Positions 42,482-52,343 are shown, numbered from the stretch's first letter. The stretch: DNA of 64,000 nucleotides from an uncultured delta proteobacterium (GCA_963771465.1 CAVYTU010000017.1:736001-800000), one strand, 5' to 3'. Numbers and translations: made by a program. The notes: generated by a model not told the origin, from the letters alone.

Positions 42482-43279
42482 ATGGAAATCTTCGATATTC
42501 ACCATCATCTCGGTTCGTTGACCGGCGGTAGTTTGCAGGAGGGCGACGGCTGGCAGGAGCGCGACTACACCAATAGGGTGCGGATCATGGATGCCAACGG
42601 CGTGGCGTCCGCGGCGATCCTGGCGGCGACGGGATACATTCAAGCGGACGGTATCAAGGATACCATGCGTAGTAATGACGTCGTTGCCGCCTATCGCCAG
42701 CGCGACCCCAAGCGTTTCCCCGTGGCCTGCGGCATCGTCGAGCCGTTGCACGGCGCGCGCTCGCTCGGCGAGCTGGAGCGGATGAAGCACGAGCTCCATC
42801 TTGACGGCGTGGTGTGGCACAGCCGCTTTCAAGGTGTCGCCGTCGACCATCAGCTGATGCGTCCATTATTAAAGAAAGTGAGCGACCTGGGTTTGATTCC
42901 GCTGATTCATACCAACGCCGAGTCCAATCTCGAAGCGGTGTGGCGCCTGGAGCGCTTGGCATTGGAATTCCCCGAGCTAACTTTCGTCTCCATGGACGCA
43001 TTGACCACCAATACCAACAGCCAGCTCGCCTTAGATATCGCCAAGCGGACGAAAAATATACTCTTCGACTCCGCCCATGTCCGCGGGTCGGCGTATGTGA
43101 AGAATTTCGTCGAGGCCGTGGGTTCCGAGCGGCTGATCTTTGGCAGTCTGTTTTACTCCACTCCGCCGAGCTATGAGCATTGCGCCACGCTGGCGGAGGT
43201 CAAAGAGGCGAAGATCAGCGATCAGGATAAGGCCAATGTTTTAGCGCTCAATGCCAAACGACTCTTTAAGATCGCATAG
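42482..43279 (+). CDS. Amidohydrolase_2 family protein
   Basis: DIHHH metal motif, GSERLIFGS, NAKRLF. AGGAGG RBS. Confidence 0.85.
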   Translation: MEIFDIHHHLGSLTGGSLQEGDGWQERDYTNRVRIMDANGVASAAILAATGYIQADGIKDTMRSNDVVAAYRQRDPKRFPVACGIVEPLHGARSLGELERMKHELHLDGVVWHSRFQGVAVDHQLMRPLLKKVSDLGLIPLIHTNAESNLEAVWRLERLALEFPELTFVSMDALTTNTNSQLALDIAKRTKNILFDSAHVRGSAYVKNFVEAVGSERLIFGSLFYSTPPSYEHCATLAEVKEAKISDQDKANVLALNAKRLFKIA

Positions 43280-43369
43280 CGGCAGGCGCTAATTGACAAA
43301 CCGGCGACGCCATGGTTTTTACTACGGAACTTTTTGAATGAGCAAGGGCGAGGTTCGCGCTTAGAGAGT

Positions 43370-43972
43370 ATGAAGAGATATTTTATAATCGGGCTTTTTA
43401 TTTTTGCGGTGATTTTTGTTTGGAGCACTGTGACGCTTTGGTCGGCTGACGCGCCAGTGAAGCCGGGACGGCTGCTAAAAATTAACAAGGAACTGGACAA
43501 GCGCACCGTGATCAAGAAGTCTTTGATCCCGGGTGCGGGAAATGGGCTGTTCGCGGTGGTGAGAATCAAGAAAGGCGAAGTAATCGGCCAGTTGGGTGGC
43601 CGACTCCTCGAAGAGTTTCCCCAAGGTAATCATTACGTTGGCGCGCTCATCGAATGCGCGCAAAAGGAAGCTCACCCGTATAAGTATCTCGACAGCAAGG
43701 ATAACGGCGCCAACGTGAGCCGTATCAATTTTGCGCCGAGTAAGATCAATGGTATCGATACCCATTTTCAAAACGCCGGGATCAATCGCCTGTGCAAACA
43801 CCCGTATTTCGAATTCGTCGCCTTGAAAGACATCGCGGCGGGCGAAGAGCTTTGGTCAAGTTACGGCCCGAATTATGATTACGAAAGATTCATGAGAATT
43901 CCCGCGGTGCGGGATTTTTTCTGCGGCTTGATCAAAACCGACTGCCGGGGAAAATACAGCTACGAACATTAA
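43370..43972 (+). CDS. SET-domain protein with signal peptide (copy 2)
   Basis: Paralog of 41810-42415: SLIPGAGNGLFA, SRINFAP, ALKDIAAGEELWSSYG; hydrophobic N-terminus ending WSA. Confidence 0.8.
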   Translation: MKRYFIIGLFIFAVIFVWSTVTLWSADAPVKPGRLLKINKELDKRTVIKKSLIPGAGNGLFAVVRIKKGEVIGQLGGRLLEEFPQGNHYVGALIECAQKEAHPYKYLDSKDNGANVSRINFAPSKINGIDTHFQNAGINRLCKHPYFEFVALKDIAAGEELWSSYGPNYDYERFMRIPAVRDFFCGLIKTDCRGKYSYEH

Positions 43973-44008
43973 TCCGTTCGGTGAAAAATTTTCCCAAGGA
44001 GACTAACG

Positions 44009-44143
44009 ATGAGCCAGGAAGATTGGGCGAAGAAATACGCGGCGATGGATCAACGGTTGATGCTCAAATATGAGCACTTGCCCAACGGCGAGCAAATCGG
44101 TAAGAAGCCAGCGCTGCCGAAGCCGGAAGCGAGGAAGTCCTAG
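44009..44143 (+). CDS. 44-aa hypothetical small protein
   Basis: AAGGAG RBS 7 nt before ATG; MSQEDWAKKYAAMDQRLMLKYEHLPNGEQIGKKPALPKPEARKS. Below the ORF-track cutoff. Confidence 0.55.
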   Translation: MSQEDWAKKYAAMDQRLMLKYEHLPNGEQIGKKPALPKPEARKS

Positions 44144-44205
44144 CGTCACTGTCTGAAAGTCGTCAGTTCGTCGTCAGCGAGTGTTTTGTCGCCGCAAAGC
44201 GCGGA

Positions 44206-45384
44206 TTAGCCATTCTGCTGCCGCGCGGCCGCAAAGGAAAACGCGTCATAAGCGTTCTCGGGAATCATCTTGATCATTTCGTCCCGCGCTGGGTCGCGAT
44301 TGACTCCCACCGGATCGTTGCCGGCCTGCACCGCTTGAATCTGCCCCCGTAACAGATTTCTAAACATGACGACACCGCGGTCGCCTTCGCCGAGGTGTTC
44401 CTTGGCGCGGTCGGCGATGGCGCCTTGGGTTTCCCAGGCCATATGGTCCTGGCTGGTGAAATTATCCATGTGAAAGTCGCCGTGTTCATCGGTGGTGCCG
44501 ACGTATTCGATGGGCGTGTCTTCCGGTTGCTCGACGGTCCTACCGTCTTTCGATGGGCTGAAACGGAATTGATAAACTTGAGTCGTCTGATCGTCGATGG
44601 GTGTGCGGAAGTGCATGGCGTAGCCGATGCGTACGGGAACGAAAAGAATATTTGGAAAGACCAGCGGGTGGGGTGTTTCAGCTGGGGTGCTTTCATCAGC
44701 GAAGATTCTTTGTTTCTGGATGCCCGCCCAATTCGTATGAATGACCAAATCAAAATCGATCTTGCTGACCATACGATAGTGAAACGGCACGTGATCGGGA
44801 TCGCCCTTGAGCTTGAGCGTGTGCGAGTGGAGAAAGTAAGTGTGCGTCGGGTCGACGGAGTTCTCCATTGCCTGAAGCCAGTTGCAGCGTAGCGTCTCGC
44901 AGACGTCGATCTTTTTGCCGCCGTCTTGGCGTACCAGTACGTCCCATTTCGGCAACAGCGGTTTTTTCTCCGGCGGTCCCATGTAGGCGAACAGTAGGCC
45001 GCCTAACTTCTCCACCGGATACGCCGGATGCTGAATCCTATCTTTGAAACCCGCCTCGGGATTTTCAAAAGGCTGATCGATGCAATTGCCGCACGCGTCG
45101 TACTTCCAGCCGTGATAGGCACAGCGGATGCCGTCCGGTTCGACGAAGCCGTAATAGAGCGATACGCCGCGGTGCGAACATTTTTCGGCGACCAGTCCAT
45201 AGTTGCCGCTCTTATCCCGATACAGGATTAGATTTTCACCGAGAATTCTAACCCGTTTCTTGGGCTTCGCATCGGTAAGCTCCGCCGCCGCAGCGGCGAC
45301 ATGCCAGTAGCGTCGCAGCAAGTCGCCAGCCGGAGTTCCCGGATTAACTCGGGTGAGAAGATCGTTTTCCGCTTGAGTAAGCAT
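44206..45384 (-). CDS. Rieske non-heme iron oxygenase subunit (LigXa/phthalate 4,5-dioxygenase-like)
   Basis: CSHRG and CAYHGW Rieske ligands, ENSVDPTHTYFLH, QDHMAWETQG. Confidence 0.92.
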   Translation of the reverse strand: MLTQAENDLLTRVNPGTPAGDLLRRYWHVAAAAAELTDAKPKKRVRILGENLILYRDKSGNYGLVAEKCSHRGVSLYYGFVEPDGIRCAYHGWKYDACGNCIDQPFENPEAGFKDRIQHPAYPVEKLGGLLFAYMGPPEKKPLLPKWDVLVRQDGGKKIDVCETLRCNWLQAMENSVDPTHTYFLHSHTLKLKGDPDHVPFHYRMVSKIDFDLVIHTNWAGIQKQRIFADESTPAETPHPLVFPNILFVPVRIGYAMHFRTPIDDQTTQVYQFRFSPSKDGRTVEQPEDTPIEYVGTTDEHGDFHMDNFTSQDHMAWETQGAIADRAKEHLGEGDRGVVMFRNLLRGQIQAVQAGNDPVGVNRDPARDEMIKMIPENAYDAFSFAAARQQNG

Positions 45385-45410
45385 GGCTGATTCACTCCTT
45401 ATAGCTCACG

Positions 45411-45440
45411 ACAGTACGTGAAACCGGCGCGCAGTGTCAA
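45411..45440 (-). promoter_or_regulatory. sigma70-type promoter for the Rieske gene
   Basis: Minus-strand TTGACA, 18 bp, TACTGT. Confidence 0.55.
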
Positions 45441-45511
45441 TGTTGGGAAGGCTTGAGCCGCGAGCAAAATGGAATGGAGAGATTCGACGGCAGTCGTAAT
45501 TTCTATTCCAC

Positions 45512-45541
45512 TTGACCGTATGATCTTGATCGCTCTATAAA
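45512..45541 (+). promoter_or_regulatory. sigma70-type promoter for the amidohydrolase genes
   Basis: TTGACC, 18 bp, TATAAA. Confidence 0.5.
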
Positions 45542-45582
45542 TGGCATTAACAATTAAATAAACTCTTCTATTGGAGGCTTTT

Positions 45583-46605
45583 ATGGCTCAAGCTTACGTC
45601 GATGCCGACGGGCATGTGATGGAGAATGCTGAGGACTTGCTCACATTCGTCAAGGCGCCATTTAATAATCGCGGCACGCGCAATTGGATGCCGAGTCTGG
45701 ATCATTTCCACACGCCAGCCGACGGCACACCGCGCACGCCAGGAACCTTCGATCCGAACACCGGACCGGAAGAGTGGCTGCAATTTCTTGATAAGACCGG
45801 CACCGAGTACACCGTGCTCTATCCGACAACGGGATTGGCCTACGGCAACGTCGCCTATCCCCAGTGGGCGCTGGCCTATGCGCAGGGCTACAATGATTAC
45901 ATTCACAAACGCTACTTGCAGCGCAGTACTAAGTTGCAGGCGGTGTCGCTGATTCCGATGCAGCATGTCGCCGATGCGGTCAAGGAACTACGGCGTTCGG
46001 TGCGGGATCTCGGTTTCATTGGCGCGATGATTCCATCCAACGGGCTGACGCGCCACCTGAGCCACGAAGAGTATTGGCCGATCTACGAGGAGGCAGAAAA
46101 GCTCAATTGTATCCTCGCCGTGCACGGCGGCAGTTATATCAACTTGGGCTTCAACACCTACACGGTTTTCCCGGCGACCCGCGCACTCGGCATGCCGTTC
46201 CCATTGGCCATCGCGATGACGGGCATGATGGTCGACGGCGTGCTCGATCGTTTCCCCAAGCTCCGCTTGGGTTTCATGGAAGGCGGCACGGCGTGGATTC
46301 CGCTGGTCATCGACCGTCTAGAGCGCGAACTGGAATACGGCGGGCTGAAACTCAAGCGCCATCCGCTCGACTATTTCACCGACGATCGAATTTTCATCGG
46401 CTGCGAGGGCAATGAGAAGGCGCTGGCTTACGCCATCGAACGGGTCGGCCCGAAACCTTTCATGTTCGCGTCGGATTTCCCGCACGAGATTTCCATCTCC
46501 AACTGCATGGAAGAAATCGACGAAGTGTTAGAGCGCGACGATCTCAAGAGGGAACACAAGGCCGCGATCCTCGGCGAGAACGCGCGGCGGTTTTACGGCC
46601 GGTAA
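45583..46605 (+). CDS. Amidohydrolase_2 family protein (decarboxylase/hydratase type)
   Basis: DADGHVME, VLYPT, YWPIYEEAE, GVLDRFPKLRLGFMEGG, FASDFPH, NARRFY. Confidence 0.9.
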   Translation: MAQAYVDADGHVMENAEDLLTFVKAPFNNRGTRNWMPSLDHFHTPADGTPRTPGTFDPNTGPEEWLQFLDKTGTEYTVLYPTTGLAYGNVAYPQWALAYAQGYNDYIHKRYLQRSTKLQAVSLIPMQHVADAVKELRRSVRDLGFIGAMIPSNGLTRHLSHEEYWPIYEEAEKLNCILAVHGGSYINLGFNTYTVFPATRALGMPFPLAIAMTGMMVDGVLDRFPKLRLGFMEGGTAWIPLVIDRLERELEYGGLKLKRHPLDYFTDDRIFIGCEGNEKALAYAIERVGPKPFMFASDFPHEISISNCMEEIDEVLERDDLKREHKAAILGENARRFYGR

Positions 46606-46685
46606 GCGCTGCAAAGTCTACTGTCATTGGTGACGCTGGCTTCCGCCGCGTCGAATTAGGATTCACAAGCAAGGAGTTTTTTACT

Positions 46686-47783
46686 ATGCGCATCGACATG
46701 GATACCCACTACACGCCTTTTGAGGCGCTGCGTCGGCTGGACGGACAATTTGGCGGCGATGGCCTTCGCTTTGGTTATGATCAGCGGGCTGCAGACGAGG
46801 TGATTTACTTTCAGAAGTATACTCACTCCAAGAAGTCCTCCATCCCCGATCTGAAAAGACGCATCGCGGATATGGACGTGGCAGAGTTCGACAAACAGGT
46901 GCTGATTTGCGGCAGTCGAATCACCTATTACGAAACACCTCCGGAGGTAGGTCTCGCAATCTGCCAGGCCTGCAATGACGGTTCGGCCGAGGCGATGAAT
47001 TTCTCCGAACGCTTTATCGGCGCCGCCATCGTGCCGCTGCAAGACGTTAACCTTGCCATCGAGGAACTTGAAAGAGCAGTCACGAAGCTCGGACTGAAAG
47101 CAGTTAACATCGCGACCAACATCAATGGCAAGCTACTCGATGCGCCGGAGTTGTGGCCGTTCTATCGCAAGGCCAGCGAACTCAATATCCCGGTGCTCGT
47201 TCATGGAGTATCCGATTTCATGGTCTACGGTGTGCGGCAAATTGATAAGCATCCGCCGTTTAGCCAGGTGCGCTTGACTGGCGTGCTCGGCTTCCCATTT
47301 GAAATGCAAATCGCGATTTCAAGTCTCATGTTGGGCGGTGTTCTCGATGAGTTTCCCGGCCTGAGATTTTGCTTTATGGAAGGCGGCGTCGGTTTCTTTG
47401 CGCATCTGATGGATCGGCTGACGGGTGATGCATACGCGTGGTTAACTTCCAAGTCCGAAGAGGAGAGAAAGACTGATCAAAAAAAGCGCGATCTTAGGGA
47501 CGCAGCGGGCAACCGCGAGGACATCGTCAAGGATCAACTGATTAAAAAATCTCCCGACCAGTATGTCGACAACTTGTACCTTTCAGTGGAGGTGTTTGAA
47601 AAACTGCTTCCCTATACGATTCAGAACTACGGCTGTGACAATCTCGTCTTGGGCAGCGATTACCCGCATCCCGACACTTTCTTTCCGCACACGGTGCCCC
47701 GACTCATGAGTCTGGACTCGATTTCAGCACAAGACAAAGAGAAGATCGTCGGAAAAAATGCGCAGCGACTGCTACGGCTTTAA
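46686..47783 (+). CDS. Amidohydrolase_2 family protein (ACMSD-like)
   Basis: DMDTH, VPLQD..LAIEELERAV, PVLVH, GGVLDEFPGLRFCFMEGG, GSDYPH, NAQRLL. Confidence 0.9.
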   Translation: MRIDMDTHYTPFEALRRLDGQFGGDGLRFGYDQRAADEVIYFQKYTHSKKSSIPDLKRRIADMDVAEFDKQVLICGSRITYYETPPEVGLAICQACNDGSAEAMNFSERFIGAAIVPLQDVNLAIEELERAVTKLGLKAVNIATNINGKLLDAPELWPFYRKASELNIPVLVHGVSDFMVYGVRQIDKHPPFSQVRLTGVLGFPFEMQIAISSLMLGGVLDEFPGLRFCFMEGGVGFFAHLMDRLTGDAYAWLTSKSEEERKTDQKKRDLRDAAGNREDIVKDQLIKKSPDQYVDNLYLSVEVFEKLLPYTIQNYGCDNLVLGSDYPHPDTFFPHTVPRLMSLDSISAQDKEKIVGKNAQRLLRL

Positions 47784-47816
47784 ATGTTCAAAACTCGATT
47801 GATAGCTGGAGGCTCA

Positions 47817-48839
47817 ATGAAACTCTCCCGTCCCGGATTTCTTGTTAACTTCATCACCTGGAGCTTTTTCTGTAGCACCTTGGTCAACGCCGCTGAGCTT
47901 GACGATCGCAAGAAACTCGTCGAAGCGGCAAACAAAGAAGGCAATGTGGTTTTCTATACGTCGATGGACGCCGGCGACGCTCGGTCGTTAACTCAAGCCT
48001 TTCAGAAGAAATATCCTGGGATCAAAACTGACTTCTATCGGGCCGGAAGAGAGGCCGTGTTTAGCCGCTTTTCACTGGAACAGAAGGCCGGCCGTTTTGT
48101 CACCGACGTAGTTAGCGTCGGCGAATTTCATGTCCTGGAAATGAAGAAGCAGGGGCTCATCACACGTTATCTTTCGCCTGAGATGCAAGCGTTCGCGCCG
48201 GAGTTCAAAGACCCGCAAGGATATTGGACCTGCGTCTATCTGACGGTGGCGGTTTTGGCCTACAACACGAGGCGAGTCAAACCTGATGAAGCGCCGCGCC
48301 GCTACGAAGATTTGCTCACTCCCAAATGGAAAGGCCGCATGGCTCTGGATGCCAATGAAGAGCGTTGGGTGCCGGGGCTCATGCAAACCATGGGACGCGA
48401 TAAAACCGTGAGCTATCTAAAGGCGCTCTCGCAGCAGGATATCTATATCCGGCGCGGCCGAAGCTTGCTCACGCAGCTTCTGCTTGCCGGGGAATTTGAC
48501 GTGCAGATCGTTGCTTACTGGCACGAGGTGAATCGCTTGATGAGGGATAAGGCGCCCATCGGCTGGGTCGGCATGGAGCCGGCGATTAGCGGCGCGCCGC
48601 AGATTAGTTTGGTCTCCAAGGCGCCGCACCCCAATGCCGCGCGGTTGTTTATCGATTATGTTATCTCCGCCGAGGGTCAGGGAATCATCGCCAAGCTCGG
48701 ACGGGTTGCCGCGCGCCCTGGGATCAAACCGGAAGGGTATCCGGAGAAGCTCAAGCTCTTTCTTCCCAACGCGGAGTTAGTCGCCGCCCAGCTCGACGAA
48801 AATCACAAGCTGTATGAGTCTTTGTTTTTGAAAAAATAG
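47817..48839 (+). CDS. ABC transporter substrate-binding protein (AfuA/thiamine-like), no adjacent permease
   Basis: Signal peptide, AANKEGNVVFYTS, AYNT, DLLTPKWKG, APHPNAARLFIDY. Confidence 0.88.
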   Translation: MKLSRPGFLVNFITWSFFCSTLVNAAELDDRKKLVEAANKEGNVVFYTSMDAGDARSLTQAFQKKYPGIKTDFYRAGREAVFSRFSLEQKAGRFVTDVVSVGEFHVLEMKKQGLITRYLSPEMQAFAPEFKDPQGYWTCVYLTVAVLAYNTRRVKPDEAPRRYEDLLTPKWKGRMALDANEERWVPGLMQTMGRDKTVSYLKALSQQDIYIRRGRSLLTQLLLAGEFDVQIVAYWHEVNRLMRDKAPIGWVGMEPAISGAPQISLVSKAPHPNAARLFIDYVISAEGQGIIAKLGRVAARPGIKPEGYPEKLKLFLPNAELVAAQLDENHKLYESLFLKK

Positions 48840-48868
48840 CCGCCGGATTTTGATGGCGCGATCGTCTG

Positions 48869-51277
48869 TCAGGAAAACGGACGCGCCGCGAGTCTTTCAC
48901 CGGGAGAAAAACCATGCGGAGCTTCGGGCTCGAGAGCAAGCCTTAAGGCCTCGTCCGCGGTTTTCAAAAACTCGAAGCGAATGCCCTCGCGGCCGGCGGG
49001 GGGAATCTCATCTAAATCTCTGCGGTTCATCTCAGGCAGCAAGACACAGGAAATCCCGGCCCTTTTTGCTGCCAGCATTTTTTCTTTAATCCCGCCTACC
49101 GGTAGCACCAAACCACGCAAGCTAATCTCGCCGGTCATGGCGATGTCTTTGCTAATGTGCCGTCCGGTTAACAGTGAAACGAGGGCGACGAAGAGCGTGA
49201 TTCCCGCGCTAGGGCCATCCTTTGGAATAGCGCCCGCGGGTATATGAATATGCAAGTCACTCTTTTTGAAGATCTCGGGATCAATGCCCAAGGTTTCCGC
49301 GCGCGATTTGACCAGGCTCAATGCTGCCTGGGCGCTTTCTTTCATGACTTCGCCCAACTGGCCGGTGAGAATTAACTTGCCGTCTCCCGCCATCTTGGTT
49401 GCTTCGACAAACAAGATATCTCCGCCAAACGGCGTCCAGGCCAAGCCCGTAGCTACGCCGGGTAAGCTGGTGCGCAGCGCGATCTCGTTGAAGAATCTCT
49501 TCGGGCCCAGGTAGCCATGGAGAGATTCTTGATCGATGGTGATGGTATCTTCATGACCATCCGCGACCCGCGTCGCTACGCTACGGCAGATAGCTCCCAG
49601 CTGACGCTCGAGTTGGCGCACGCCGGCTTCGCGCGTGTAGGAACGAATAACTTCCCGGATGGCATCATCGGTGAAATTAATCTGCTCCGCTTTGAGACCA
49701 TTCTCGGAGATTTGCCGAGGCACGAGGTAACCCTTGGCGATGACCAGTTTGTCCTCTTCGGTGTAGCCCGGCAATTCCAAAATTTCCATGCGGTCGCGTA
49801 GCGGGCCCGGCACCGTGTCGAGCACGTTCGCCGTCGCGATGAACAATACCTGAGATAGATCGAAGGGCACCGCAAGATAATGGTCTTGAAAGGTTGAATT
49901 CTGCGAAGGATCGAGGACCTCCAGCAACGCAGCGGAAGGGTCGCCATGAAAACTCGCGCTGAGTTTGTCGATCTCATCGAGCATGAAGACGGGATTTCGA
50001 CTGCCGGCCTTTTTAATCCCTTGAATAATATTTCCCGGCAGCGCGCCGATGTAGGTGCGCCGATGGCCGCGAATATCCGCTTCGTCATGGACGCCGCCGA
50101 GACTTTGGCGCACGAACTTACGATTCATCGCCCGAGCGATACTTTGTCCCAGGGAGGTCTTACCGACGCCCGGAGGGCCGACTAGACACAGGATAGGACT
50201 TTTCCCTTCCGGCATGAGCTTACGAACGGCGAGGAATTCGATGATACGCTTCTTCACTTTGTCGAGGCCGTAATGATCGGCGTCGAGAATCTCGCGGGCT
50301 TTTGGCAAGTCAATCTCTTCCTTGGTGACAATGCTCCAAGGCAGATCTACCAACCAATCGAAGTAGGTTCTCAACAACGAGTGTTCTGGCGACATCTCAG
50401 GAATTCGCTCCAGCCGCGCCAGCTCTTTGAGCGCTTCCGCCTCGACTTCGGGCGGCATCTTTGCGTCGTAGAGTTTTTGTCTAAGCTCTTCGACTGCAAC
50501 GCCTTTGCCGTCTTCTTCGCCCAGTTCTTTTTGAATTGCCTTCAATTGCTCGCGCAGGAAATATTGGCGCTGGGACTTATCCATGGATTCCTTGGTTTCC
50601 GCGCCAATTTTCTTGCTCAATTCCAGCAATTCGATCTGCCGCGCCAATTTTTCCGAAACTCTTTGGGCGCGCTTCTCGGGGTCAAGGATCGCCAGAACCT
50701 CTTGTTTCTCGGCGGTCGGCAGATCCAAGGTCGAAGCGATCATATCGATTACGGACAAAGGATCTTCAATCCGTTCGATCATCGCTCTCAGATCGTTCAT
50801 CGGATCAGGGAATAATGACAATGCCCGGGCGGCTTCCTGTCGCAGGTGTAGGATTCTCGCCTCGAACTCTTTTGTCTGCGGAACCAGTTCCTCCACCATG
50901 GTGACCCGCGCGATGAGGACGGGATCGGTCTCAATAAATTCGCGGATTTCAAAGCGGCGGCGGCCTTGAACGATGACCTGACGCCGACCGTCCGGTAGGG
51001 TAAACATTCGCAGCACGTCGGCGGCCGTACCGATATCGTAGAGGTCCTTGGGCTGCGGCGCGTCGGTATTTGGATCGCGTTGAACGACGAATCCGATCGG
51101 CACTTGTTGGCGCACCGCTTCTTCGACTGCGAGCAGCCGCGCCGGACGGCCGACCATCAATGGCATAATCATGGACGGATAGAGGACCCGGTTGCGCATT
51201 GGGATGATGATCAATGCGTCCGCGGGAATATTTAGGCGCGGCTTGGTTTTAGGGGTTTCCGTTGCTTCAGCGTTCAT
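48869..51277 (-). CDS. lon: ATP-dependent protease La (LonA)
   Basis: LON N-domain, GPPGVGKTS, RGHRRTYIGA, LDEIDK, PKDGPSAG, GGIKEK. Confidence 0.98.
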   Translation of the reverse strand: MNAEATETPKTKPRLNIPADALIIIPMRNRVLYPSMIMPLMVGRPARLLAVEEAVRQQVPIGFVVQRDPNTDAPQPKDLYDIGTAADVLRMFTLPDGRRQVIVQGRRRFEIREFIETDPVLIARVTMVEELVPQTKEFEARILHLRQEAARALSLFPDPMNDLRAMIERIEDPLSVIDMIASTLDLPTAEKQEVLAILDPEKRAQRVSEKLARQIELLELSKKIGAETKESMDKSQRQYFLREQLKAIQKELGEEDGKGVAVEELRQKLYDAKMPPEVEAEALKELARLERIPEMSPEHSLLRTYFDWLVDLPWSIVTKEEIDLPKAREILDADHYGLDKVKKRIIEFLAVRKLMPEGKSPILCLVGPPGVGKTSLGQSIARAMNRKFVRQSLGGVHDEADIRGHRRTYIGALPGNIIQGIKKAGSRNPVFMLDEIDKLSASFHGDPSAALLEVLDPSQNSTFQDHYLAVPFDLSQVLFIATANVLDTVPGPLRDRMEILELPGYTEEDKLVIAKGYLVPRQISENGLKAEQINFTDDAIREVIRSYTREAGVRQLERQLGAICRSVATRVADGHEDTITIDQESLHGYLGPKRFFNEIALRTSLPGVATGLAWTPFGGDILFVEATKMAGDGKLILTGQLGEVMKESAQAALSLVKSRAETLGIDPEIFKKSDLHIHIPAGAIPKDGPSAGITLFVALVSLLTGRHISKDIAMTGEISLRGLVLPVGGIKEKMLAAKRAGISCVLLPEMNRRDLDEIPPAGREGIRFEFLKTADEALRLALEPEAPHGFSPGERLAARPFS

Positions 51278-51705
51278 GCATTTTTCCTTAGCTCGATGAT
51301 GAGGAGCCCATCCTTGAAGGATATCTCTGCTAGCAATAACGGTTTCTCGTTGCCGACCAGCCTGACGCGCCGCTCAAAGCGGCCAAGCGGAACTTCCCAT
51401 AGCTTTAGCTCCCCATCGTGGCAGCAATTTGGCAGCGGCCGGTCGCCGGCGATGACCAAGTCGTGTCCCTCAAGCCGTACCTCGACCCGTTCAACTGCAA
51501 CGCCAGCGAGGGCAGACATCACCCACACGCTTTCGTCGGTCTCGACTACGTTAACGGGAGGCTCCCATCTTGGCGTTCTGCCAGGCTGTGCACGATAACG
51601 CGCATTGGCGGCGACTTGGAGAAAATTTCTCCGGATCCGCTCTGCCTGCTGGAGCAGATCGTTCGCTCGCTGCCACATGATAAAATCCCAATCGTGCCCT
51701 GCCAT
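51274..51705 (-). CDS. Hsp20/alpha-crystallin family protein
   Basis: WEPPVNVVET, LAGV, IAGDR, GRFERRV, DGLLIIEL; GGAGG RBS; overlaps the lon start. Confidence 0.88.
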   Translation of the reverse strand: MAGHDWDFIMWQRANDLLQQAERIRRNFLQVAANARYRAQPGRTPRWEPPVNVVETDESVWVMSALAGVAVERVEVRLEGHDLVIAGDRPLPNCCHDGELKLWEVPLGRFERRVRLVGNEKPLLLAEISFKDGLLIIELRKNA

Positions 51706-51760
51706 CTGCCCGCCTCCACTACACTTAAGTAAAATAGGCTGATTTTCGCGATTCCCTAAT

Positions 51761-51789
51761 AACCTAGGTATGGGATGGGCTATTGTCAA
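51761..51789 (-). promoter_or_regulatory. sigma70-type promoter for hsp20-lon
   Basis: Minus-strand TTGACA, 17 bp, TAGGTT. Confidence 0.65.
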
Positions 51790-51950
51790 GGAAAGTAAGC
51801 TGCCGGCCACGGCATAATTTCTCTTAAAGTTGGTCTAATATTGAACAGAATCCTTCACTGTCCCGGCATAAATTAAACCAAAGCGGCGCAAATCATTGCG
51901 AATTTTAGAAGTCAATCTGCCGGCACGTGAACTGTCGCGTTACGGAGGAC

Positions 51951-52343
51951 ATGTTGCGCACCACGCATATCACGCACAGACGCCAAGCACGCCAGCCAGT
52001 GTCCACCCGCAGGCCCGCCTCATACGATCGCACGGTCGCCAGCGGACTTCCTGAGCAGTTCTTTGACTCTCGGATCAAACTCGCCGCGGTGTGCCCCGAA
52101 ACGGCAATGATGTACGCTGTGCTCGAAGATGCTTTTCTCTGCTTTCACAAGCAGTTTGAGCCGGAGCCACGGTTCATTGAGCGCGCCCGCGAGGCTGAAG
52201 ATTGGTTCTTCAGGGAAGACTCTCGCTGGCTGTTCTCCTTCGTGTCGATCTGTGCCGCACTGGGGCTGGATCCTCACTACATCCGAAAAAAGCTTAAGCA
52301 GTGGAACCTACCCCGTCTCGACATAGCGCCGGCCACGAGATAG
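51951..52343 (+). CDS. Hypothetical protein (130 aa)
   Basis: GGAGG RBS; LPEQFF...PETAMMYAVLEDA...EAEDWF...FSFVSICAALGLDP.YIR pattern. Confidence 0.7.
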   Translation: MLRTTHITHRRQARQPVSTRRPASYDRTVASGLPEQFFDSRIKLAAVCPETAMMYAVLEDAFLCFHKQFEPEPRFIERAREAEDWFFREDSRWLFSFVSICAALGLDPHYIRKKLKQWNLPRLDIAPATR

